Part shown: piece by piece, positions 9,904-20,600 of the stretch | How positions within the stretch are numbered: the stretch's first letter is position 1 | Layout: each line of letters opens with the position of its first letter | From: Tubulanus polymorphus | Lineage: Eukaryota; Animalia; Nemertea | Direction: 5' to 3' | Length of the DNA: 64,000 nucleotides | Assembly: GCF_964204645.1 (NCBI RefSeq) | Contig: NC_134025.1 | Span: forward strand, 3,100,001 to 3,164,000 | Position numbers and translations under genes: made by a program | Notes under the pieces: model-generated | Databases searched by the model: none | The model's input: the letters and a program-made list of their open reading frames with translations, nothing else | Told to the model about the DNA's origin: nothing

Positions 9904-12900
9904 TTAATCGTCAAATTTGATTGAGTTGACTCCCATATCAATAGCACCGCCGCAATAACTTCCACGCTTTTTCTTTGTTTTCTCGTGTCTGAATGATTTG
10001 CCTTTCGTATGTTTTAAGTCCTTGTTCGCACGTTCGCCCCATGATCCAGATGCGCCTACCTGAAAATCACAAAACAGACCGTCATATTGCAATTGAGACG
10101 ACATAAAATCAGCTGTGTAAGAAAGCAGCATATGCAGTTGTAATTTCATCTCATCAGGCTCATTAGATCTGAACTCCATTGTTAAGTCAGTGAAAATATG
10201 ATCATCATTTGAGATGGTATAAAAATAATACTTAAGGTAATACCAAAATTACCTCTTTTAATATATACACTCGACACTTAATTGCAAACCATGCATAGAA
10301 GAAATAACATTAGATAGATACAGCTTTAGTCTCATCAGGCTCATTAGATCTAAACTCCATTATGAAGTCAGTGAAAATATGATCATCATTTGAGATGGTA
10401 TAAAAATAATACTTAAGGTAATACCAAAATTACCTCTTTTAATATATACACTCGACACTTAATTGCAAACCATGCATAGAAGAAAACATTAGATAGATAC
10501 AGCTTTGATCTCATCAGGCTCATTAGATCTAAACTCCATTATGAAGTCAGTGAAAATATGATCATCATTTGAGATGGTATAAAAATTATACCAAAATTAC
10601 GTCCTCTTTACGTACACTTCAGGCACTTTATTGCAAACCATGTTTATAGAAATAAAATAAGATAGATACAGCTTTACTCTCATCAGGCTCATTAGATCTA
10701 AACTCCATTATGAAGTCAGCGAAAGTATGATCATCATTTGAGAAAACTATATTCATCGATAAACACCCCCAACTTCGACCATATAACAAAAGCCTATTTT
10801 TTCAGCCCCCAATGAGAATCAGTTGCCTTGCATTTGTACTTCATCAGAGAAGGGCCCCTAAAAGAAATCATCTCTCATCAGGCTCATTAGATCAGAACTC
10901 CATTTATGAAGTCAGTACAAAATATGATATCATCAATTGAGAGCGAATTCTGTGGTCTTAAAATCAGATTTCACAAAGAAAATCTTATAAATTCGTGTGT
11001 CTAATCAGGCTCATTAGATCTAAACTCCATTTAAGAAGTCAGTAAACAAATTATCATCATCAAGACACACTTAACTACAAACCAAGTAATAGAAAATGCA
11101 ATAGAATAGATATACATAACGAATTAGTCTCATCAGGCTCATTAGATCTAAACTCCATTATGAAGTCAGTGAAAATATGATCATCACTTGAGACGATATG
11201 AAGGAAACCAGCGCATTTCAATCTCATCCGTTCAATTAGATCGTTTTATCTCCACTATTCTATCCAGTTTCAGGCAGAAGTAGCATTATTTGATCTCCAA
11301 TTCACCACATACTTACTTTAGCCTCAAATGAATTATCTGCAAGTTTTGGATTCACTGTAATTGTCTCCTCTCGAACTCTGCGGAATGGTGTATTTTGTCC
11401 CTGTAAATAAAGAAAAAAGCTTTTCATGCAAAACGCATAGCTTCCACTTGGTGAAAAAGTACCGGTAAACATATTAAAATCGACTGTACCTTCGGTGTTT
11501 TCTTATTTTTATTGTTTGAGACCTCACTATCCTCTGAGCTGATTGAGCTCGCTATTCCATTCATCTTTCCGTTCGTTAAAGTCGGAGTTTTGATGCTCGA
11601 GAGTGATGCGTTCAAAACTTTCGGAGTTTCCGTTTTCGAATCAGAATTCGCGTTACTATCAGAGTCGGAACTACTGTCTTTATTCAAATCATTTAATTTA
11701 GAAACTTTTTTCGAATCCTCATTATCGGAATCGGAACTGTCTGAACTGTCACTAGAATCATTATTATTTTCCACAGCTTTAACTGTCTTTGGTTTTTCAT
11801 CCTCAGAATCTGAACTTTCCTCAGAACTACTCGATTCTTTTTTCGGATTTGATGTTGGTTTAGGAATGTTTTTAGAAGCTGTAGTTTTAGCTGGTTTATC
11901 ATCTTCCGAATCAGATGAATCGCTGCTACTTGAATCCTTCTTTGTTGCTGGCTTAACTGATGGCTTCGCCGTTTTAGGAGTTTCCTCCACAGAATCTGAT
12001 GAACTATCTGAACTATCGCTGGACTCCTTTTTTGTAGCAGGTTTAGCAGCAATTTTAGGAGTATCTGCTTTTGGGGTTTCTTCTTCAGAATCTGATGAAC
12101 TATCTGAACTATCACTGGACTCCTTCTTTGTAACAGGTTTAGGAGCAACTTTAGGAGTAGCTGCTTTTGGGGTTTCTTCTTCAGAATCTGATGAACTATC
12201 TGAACTATCGCTGGACTCCTTCTTTGTAACAGGTTTAGGAGCAACTTTAGGAGTAGCTGCTTTTGGGGTTTCTTCTTCAGAATCTGATGAACTATCTGAA
12301 CTATCGCTGGACTCCTTTTTTGTAGCAGGTTTAGGGGCAACTTTAGGAGTAACTGCTTTTGGGGTTTCTTCTTCAGAATCTGATGAACTATCGCTGGACT
12401 CCTTTTTCGTAGCAGGTTTAGGAGCAACTTTAGGAGTAGCTGCTTTTGGAGTTTCTTCCTCAGAATCTGATGAACTATCTGAACTATCACTTGAATCCTT
12501 CTTAGCAGCAGGTTTAGGAGCAATTTTAGGAGTAGCAGCTTTTGGGGCTTCTTCCTCAGAATCTGATGAACTATCTGAACTATCACTGGACTCCTCCTTT
12601 GTAGCAGGTTTAGGAGCAACTTTAGGAGTAGCTGCTTTTGGAGTTTCTTCCTCAGAATCTGATGAACTATCTGAACTATCGCTTGAATCCTTCTTTGTAA
12701 CAGGTTTAGGAGCAACTTTAGGAGTAGCTGCTTTCGGAGTTTCTTCCTCAGAATCTGATGAACTATCCGAACTATCGCTTGAATCCTTCTTAGCAGCAGG
12801 TTTAGGAGCAACTTTAGAAGTAGCTGCTTTTGGAGTTTCTTCCTCAGAATCTGATGAACTATCTGAACTATCACTTGAATCCTTCTTAGCAGCAGGTTTA

Positions 12901-14085
12901 GGAGCAACTTTAGGAGTAGCTGCTTTTGGAGTTTCTTCCTCAGAATCTGATGAACTATCTGAACTATCACTTGAATCCGTCTTAGCAGCAGGTTTAGGAG
13001 CAACTTTAGGAGTAGCTGCTTTTGGGGCTTCTTCCTCAGAATCTGATGAACTATCTGAATTATCGCTTGAATCCTTCTTTGCAGCAGGTTTAGGAGCAAC
13101 TTTAGGAGTAGCAGCTTTTGGGGTTACCTCCTCAGAATCTGATGAACTATCTGAACTATCACTGGAGTCCTTCTTCGTAGCAGATTTTGCTGCAACCTTT
13201 GGTTTCGATTTCACCTTTTCAGTCTCATCATCTGAACTATCATCAGAGCTATCCTCAGACCAGTCTTTAGGTTTAATTGGTGTCAAAGGTAAATGAACAG
13301 ATTTACTATTTACTGCAGGTGTTGATGTAACTGGTTTCTTAGAAGTTTCATCATCCGAATCTGCAAATAGAAATTGCAGAAAATCAGAATCAAGATCTCA
13401 TAGTAAACTAGACTGAAATATGAAGCTTATAGAAAATACCTTCACTGCTGCTGCTGGATGATGCTTTTGACTTTTTCTTGGGTAATGGAGATTTCTTCTT
13501 CTTGCCTTCACTACTCGAAGAGCTACTGGAATCAGAGCTACTGCTTTCATTTTTCCTTTTAGCAGTTGAAGAGCTGAAATTCAAATAAACTATCATTACA
13601 CAACTCCTTACGACTGCCTCAAAAAGTCCAACTTCAAGAATAGAATCGCTTACCTTTTGGTAGCCACAACTTTCACACGCTTTGGTGTACTACCCTCGAT
13701 TTCATCACTTTTCCTTTTGAGGGATGTTGTTTTCCAAGCTGCATAGATCTCATCGAGCTTCGGTGATCCTTGTGGTGGCAGAACCTGTTTGTGTGAGAAG
13801 CAAAAAATATACTACCCATTGTCACATTGATAAATATTCTATATAGTAAACCACCTTATTTGACTCATTAAAAAAACCATTTCGCCACAGAATATCTCAG
13901 GACTTCATGACGTAATGAAAAGTTAACTATTTAAAAAACATCAATGCCCCAATTAATCATATTTGAATTGAACTTACCAGGGATTTTTCCTTTTTCTTTA
14001 AAAATTCTGCGGCTTCTTTGTATTTATCGCGCAAAAACGCGTAAACAATGGGAAGAATAGCCTTCGATTCATCGGTCGAAGACAT
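9904..14085 (-). CDS. NOLC1: Nucleolar and coiled-body phosphoprotein 1 (Nopp140/SRP40)
   Basis: Exon 1 (14085-13978) encodes [31 protein letters not shown] (LisH-like). A long exon has alternating Ser/Asp/Glu and Lys/Pro/Ala repeats. The SRP40 C-terminal domain is in exons 11400-11317 (NTPFRRV...DNSFEAK) and 10059-9904 ([37 protein letters not shown]...SIKFDD). Confidence 0.95.
10150..10213 (-). ncRNA. SNORD57: Box C/D snoRNA copy 1 (SNORD57/snR51-like, 18S Am99 guide)
   Basis: Minus strand reads ctcaa-ATGATGA...CTGA...gatctaatgagc-CTGA-tgag: C, D' and D boxes plus a terminal stem. The guide is complementary to 18S GCUCAUUA(G/A)AUC. Confidence 0.88.
10331..10394 (-). ncRNA. SNORD57: Box C/D snoRNA copy 2
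   Basis: Same boxes, guide and stem as copy 1. Confidence 0.88.
10510..10573 (-). ncRNA. SNORD57: Box C/D snoRNA copy 3
   Basis: Same boxes, guide and stem as copy 1. Confidence 0.88.
10679..10742 (-). ncRNA. SNORD57: Box C/D snoRNA copy 4
   Basis: Boxes and D guide intact; two substitutions in the D' guide region. Confidence 0.86.
10872..10943 (-). ncRNA. SNORD57: Box C/D snoRNA copy 5 (divergent)
   Basis: TTGATGA C box, guide ctgatctaatgagc-CTGA, stem ctctca/tgagag. Confidence 0.85.
10995..11070 (-). ncRNA. SNORD57: Box C/D snoRNA copy 6 (divergent)
   Basis: ATGATGA C box, intact D guide, and a different 8-bp terminal stem gtgtgtct/agacacac. Confidence 0.85.
11127..11194 (-). ncRNA. SNORD57: Box C/D snoRNA copy 7
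   Basis: GTGATGA C box, intact guide, stem gtctca/tgagac. Confidence 0.88.
11960..13200 (-). repeat. 81-bp (27-aa) coding tandem repeat of Nopp140
   Basis: About 15 copies of [31 protein letters not shown]-type units, highly similar at the nucleotide level. Confidence 0.9.
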
Positions 14086-14670
14086 CGTTGCAGGCTAAGT
14101 GAAGCGTCAAACGACGAATTTGTTGATTCTCTCACTAATTTATCTGCGAAAACCACGTTTCCAGACCGGCGACCACGTTTTACCAACTTCACCGGCCGGT
14201 ACCGCCTTCTAGCGAGAAAAAGATATAACACTGGTTAGACTGGTTGTCGGTATCTAGTCAAACACTTCGCAGCAATAATGGGTAGCTCCGAGAATTCGAA
14301 TCCCAACATATCAACCACTAGTCAAAATATCTATGTCAAAACCAATAAACTAACATGAAGCTTTTTAAAATAACATCTTTCAATTTATTTTTCTAACTCA
14401 TTTTGCTAAATTGTAATCGCATGTTTGATTTTTAAGACTACAAAATATAGATATTACTAGGACGGATAACTCAATTTTTCTTGACTTTTTTGTGTAAAAT
14501 TAGTATATGTAAAAACTCAGTCAGCTTAACAATGTTTCTGATATAATCCTCTTAAATATAGTCAAAAAATCTTCTAATCACACGTGAAAATAAAATACAA
14601 AATTATAGAAATATAATTGCAGATATGACAGGTTAATGGACGGAACATCAATAAACAGATCACAGAAATA

Positions 14671-17600
14671 TTATGGATCAATTGTGTCTCTTAAAAGTTG
14701 TGGTCCTCCTTTGATTGGAGAAGAAACTGCAGTAGTCAATAGTTTGATATTTTCTCGAATGTAGTTGATTTTTTCTCCTCTGTATCTCGGATCGGGATGC
14801 GGTCCTTTCATCGGTGGTTTCGAATTCGCAGTCGGTGGCGCATAGTCCGGTGGTATTCCACGAATCATATAGGTCCACTGCATGTCACTCGTCTGTGAAA
14901 AACATCAAGAAAAATATAAGATCATCGTAAAAAATTCCGCTCTTTTAACAAAATGTCAATCATCCTGGACCCACCTGTACAACTAATCGTCCTACATAAA
15001 CTTTTCCATACATGGCAGGAATGAAACCAACTTGAATCAAAGTTCCTTTCGTACCAACGGGTGACAGCTCTCCGGACGAAGGTGTTACAGAAAGTTCTGG
15101 ATCGCTACCGGCCAGAAAGAAGGCGGTAAATGGAGTAGGATGTTTTTCTTGACTCGTCAATCTGAACTGTACGCCGCATTCCTTATACAAACCAACAGCT
15201 TCAATAGTAATAACATCATCGGGCGTCGGTTCAGTGGCTATAAAACGAACCGGGAAACGCCAAACACCACCAGTAGCTGCTCTTACAATAAGTTGAACAT
15301 CATGCCTGAAAAAAAAAACCAAGAGAAATCTTCATTAAATTGACTGTGGGTCAAATTCTATAGTCGGAGGACAAGAATTAAAACTCGTACAAATTGAAAA
15401 AAATCTATTGTCTGTGAAAACTTACTTCATCGTCTTGTTCGGAGAAAAGACAACGTGGAATATCAGGATGACGAGTCCACTGATTTTGTCTCTTTGTTTT
15501 CTAACGAGACTCAAGGCTACAGCGTTCTTCAGATTTCTATCGTCTTCATCATTGCCGTACACAAATTCATAGGTAAATTCTTCGGTGACTGAAATACCTG
15601 TACAAACACATGATAATTAGCATTCTATCAGAAAAACTAAAGTCACGTTCCGAGTGGAAGTTTTTTCTAAGGAGAGAAACATACTTTCAGAGACGACGAC
15701 ACCATCAGGAGTATGAGGAGTTTCATCTTTCGGCGTAACAGCACGAGCGCGGATACCACGCTGTGCTCCCGCAGCACACGGTGCTACTCCAGACAGCACG
15801 ACCTCCAATCTCTCTTCAGCTCTGTTTCTAGCCTGACATTCTACTACGGCCGGTTTCTCCTGGACTGGCTGAGCTTCTGGTATCCCTTGTATCGGATACA
15901 ACCATTTGATTATTGGCAGATCGCTGTTTACAGCTCCGGGAGCAGCACTACAAATAGAATAATAACATCAGGAATATAAAACCCCACTGAAGATGTCTAT
16001 CAGGATATAGTTGAATCATTGAAAATAAATCATTTACCACCGGTTAAGGAAACCTTTTCAGACTAGTTTTTCTGTCTTAGGTGGGATTACAACACGGACA
16101 GTGTTTAAGCAATGGTTATAATGACATCTGTGACACATATTCATACAATCCATTGAAAAAGTAATTCATACATACCCTTTATCATACTTCGGCATGTACT
16201 TCCAGTTGGAACCATCATATCTTCTCACATTCAATACGCACAAAGCTTCGTATAGGATCATATCATCAGGAGCAAATGATACCGGTATATCTAGAGTTGA
16301 CTTCGGACCGACGCGAACATTCGTATCGTTCTTCAGTAACAAACAGAAAGCAGAATCTTCTCTTTCTTTACCATTGAATATTCTTTCATACTGTTGCTCT
16401 TTGTCTGAAAGAGAATTAAAAAGATGATTATTATGATGATTAAAGTGAAATGCAAGACGCTGAGTAAAGAATTAATTGAAGTTATACCTTTCAGTATGAC
16501 ATCGACCAATACAGCTTCATCCATTGGATTTCTGAATGGAATGATTATAGTCGTGTTAGAGCCTACTGCAGAGTAGACGCTTACAGGATCTTGTGGTTGA
16601 GGCATTAGTCCACTTCCACTAGCGTGAAATACCCATTCTCCGAGCTGAAGATACATAGAACAAGATATCAGTTGAATTATACCAGCTGTGTATTGATCAT
16701 TAGAGAATCTTTCTGTAATTCTACCTGTTCACTGTGGAAAATGATATCAGTCTCGTGTCCGTTTGGTCCAACATAAGACGGCATGAATACAACTGGAATT
16801 TTCAGTTTAGTATGAGGATGTAGAATCAGTGATTTCTCATTGTCGCGTTCCAAACGGAAATTGTTTAAGTTTGTCACATAAGGCAGAAGTTCTAGAGTTT
16901 CTTCAGTTGGGTTGTCTAGAGTAATATGCTGGCGATCCCACCTACAAAACATTCACAGATTTATGATTATCATACATGACAAATCTAAGATCAGTTGCAG
17001 CTAATAGACTTTTATGATTCGTACCTTCCTAATTCACATTCCATATGTGAGATAGTCGTTGGAACAGGATTTTCTGCTGTCAGAACCAATTTGTACCAGA
17101 ATTCACCGGTTAACTCATGGAAAAATGTCAAATTTCCAACAGTTTTGCCGATAATTGTTGGAGAAAATGTCAATTCGTATGTTCCACGAGTTTTAGGTAA
17201 CAGATGAATACTATTTGAACCTTTGAGGTCTCTTCCATCAATTTTGGCCTCTAAGTTAATTTCTTCATCGCTTGGATTGTTTACACCAACAGCAAGGATA
17301 GCTTTTTTCTGCAAATCGAATAAACATAAGCTATTATGCATAATTCCGATCAATAAATGATATGACTGATGTAAGTTACAAGTACCTGACATGCGCATGT
17401 GATCTCAATAGTTCTTTCAGGTTCGGGAGGATCTACAGTTAAATCCACGGTATACCACACTCTGTAACGATCTTGACTTTCTTCATCATCTGATGTAGGT
17501 ATTTCATCCCCATCACTATCCACTTCACTATTAATCAAACATACTCATACATGTATATTTCACAAGATAAAATGAAGCAGTGGACATTCACATGAGTTAA

Positions 17601-20600
17601 CAATGAGAAAATCTATTTTGGCTTCAGTGCCACGATGAAAGCTGCAATAAGCATAATGTATGTTTATATATTTGAAAGCGAAAAGCAACAAGTTTAAATG
17701 AGGAAAATTGTGTTGATAATGAATATTTCAGTAGTGTGCACAGAGAATATCTGTGAATAAAGAAATCCTACCCATCTATCACCGGCATGCTCTTGTCACT
17801 AAAGGAACAGTTTCATAAGTATTTTAATGATCTGAACTAGGGATTGAACTAGGGATTTAACAAGCACCAAACGTGAATCTATTTTCTGATGAAAATTTCG
17901 AGAAGAAGATCATGGGTGTGCCTGAAGGAATTTTTTGGTAGAGAATTTCGAGATGAATTCATATTCATATACTTACACAACTGGATTCTTGCCAGCTACA
18001 AAACTGACGACCCCGTTGTACGTTCCTCTTTTTAACGGAGTAAGAATGAGATCGTAATCCAATGTTTTACCGGGCCAAACAGACGCGACCAGATTACCAC
18101 TGACCATCGGTAAATCCGTTTCAACATGATAATGAACTTTCTTTCTGGTCACATTCGGAAGTTGAAGTCTATGTTTAATCCTGAAAGAAGAGAATAATGA
18201 AATGAATGAGTAAATTGAGCTTTAAAGAAAATGAATTCTAAGGATATTCAATGAAAACAGAATGATTTACTGTTGTTTTGCTTGACATCGCAGTTGAATA
18301 TGGTCGAGGGCTAACGGTTTGGTAGCTTTTCCAGACAGTGTGAATACATGTTCAGTTCCATCAACAGTATTCACTAGTTTCAGTTGACCCTATAAATACA
18401 CAGATTTCATATGTTCACGTAGAAATACTATCAGCGACATTTTCTACCGGTAGTCATTACTTACTTTGCTATGTTTCTCATAGATTGGCTTAAACATCAG
18501 CCTATAGTTGACAGTATTACATGCTTTCACAAGTATAGACGGAGGACCAAAGAATCCAGGACCAGTGATACGCGCTTCGAGATTCCAGTCATAGTTTGTG
18601 TGGTTTACCTGATGATCGAAGAAATGTCGATGATCAAAATGTTCACAATACGATATTGATCATAGAAAAGAAAATTGAATAGGAACTTACAATTGGAATT
18701 TCCTGCGTAACGGACTGTTGGACTGGAGATGTAAATTCAAGTTCAGCTGTACTACCTTCAGGTACGACAGTGCATTCGATACGATGTACACGTACATCAT
18801 CCGGGGCTTGAAGTGATAATGTACATTTGTAATGTCCTGGTTTCTTCGACATGAATTTCACTGGAAGCTGAACCGTTTCTGTTTTGTCTCCTCCTGCTAA
18901 TAATTGAATGAAACCTCTAATTTTTGATGTTAAACGTAGTAAAATTGAAAATGAACGACTTTCAACCGAGGTGTTAACATCAGATCCAGGTGATATTGCT
19001 GACGACATTATTATTACCTTCATGTTTTTGCAGATTAGGCAGTGTGATTTCAGCAGGAATTACAAACAGATCATTGTCAACTTCGACTTTGTATCGAGTA
19101 CCGGTTGGATCTTTAGTCTAGTAATCGATAAATTCAAACACATTTCAAAAAGAATTTTCTCATAAAAACATAAATTAAGATTGTATCAGGTTCTACGCTA
19201 ACCTTTGCTAATTCGATAACTTTGTTTGGATTATTTGACAGAAGTGAAATAGTTTTCGCCGTAAGCATGCAGCTTTCTAAAGTTCCCGCAATACGTCTGC
19301 GCTCTCGCTCTTTTTCTGTCATGCGTTGTTGAGCAGCGATAAGAAGTGCTTTTTCTCGTTTAGCGTTCATGATTGGAATGTGCAGGTTCTCGATTAGCAT
19401 TTGATTCACTTCACATTTCCAGTACACAACGCTATCATCACCACCAAATTTTCCATGACCGCTTCCTAAAATATGAAGAGAAACACCGTAATAAAGCCTG
19501 GCTGTTTTGCAATTTCTTCATAGTCAAAATGAATTGTTAACTAAAGAAAAGCCTTTCAGATTCATTTCTTCTTTGGGATTTTCTATATTATCAATGTAAT
19601 AAACCGATTAAGGCCCGCAATCATTATCACAACTAAAGGGTGGTAGTAACTAGCCGAAATATTTCTATATTCTAATGTAATAAATTTTTTTTTGTCTATT
19701 TACAATTTTGGGAGTTTTACACTTTAGTAAATCACGTATATTGTGATTTCAAGTGATTATTTAAAACGTAGTACCTGCTGCAGCTGCACTGCTGATTCTA
19801 ACTGTATGAGAAGTTGCTTTGAAAGGTATTACAGATGGAAGCGGTAAAATCGCGTGAGCTTCAATCGAATATAAGAATTCTCCGATATCTTCGTTGATGA
19901 AGATTATTGAACATTGACGTTTTCCGGCTTGAAACGGAAGAAATTGTACGTCGACGATTTTAATCGATTTCGCTTCCAAGTCGACCGAAGTTTCCGAACA
20001 GAAAAACGCGTTCATCAGCGGTATATCTGAAACATCATGAAACATATCCTATATGATAAAATACAACATCAGATTGGCCACTTTTATCTGACTTGCTTTT
20101 CCCCTGACTTTCCCCTGACATGCACATTGTTTCTCCGACTTGATCTGTAAAGAATTCAATCAATACATACGACATAGACAAAACTGTTTGATTTTTACAT
20201 GTGATCTAGCAATCTCAACAAATTTCCCTGACTTTTCCCTGGTTTTTAGCATTTTTACAAAGTTCCTCGACTATTCCCAGAGATTTTAAAGAAAAGAAAA
20301 TTCCCTTTGAAAATTCCCTAACTTTTCCCCGGTGAGTGGCCACCCTGTATCAAATCTAGATACAGAACTTAGAGAAAGAAATAAATACCATCATCCGGAT
20401 TCTGCTTGATCATCAGCGAATCATCGGCTGATCGATTACTAGGAGGTGAATCGGCGCCATCTTTTTTCTTCTGTTGCCCGTGATCGGTACGCGATGCGAC
20501 CTTCTTCAGTTTTTTCTCTTTAGGTTTCATCAGATTTTGTGGTTTGCTCGGGTCGTTGAAGTTACTGTCTTTAGCTTCGACGAGAACGATTCTGAATTTG

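Noticed and set aside
10150-11194. Repeat-spacer pattern resembling a CRISPR array
   Set aside because: Eukaryotic intron, no cas genes, spacers homologous to each other, and the repeats carry C/D boxes and an 18S guide.
11512-13296. 594-aa plus-strand ORF and 468-aa alternative-frame ORF
   Set aside because: Stop-free shadows of the NOLC1 81-bp coding repeat.
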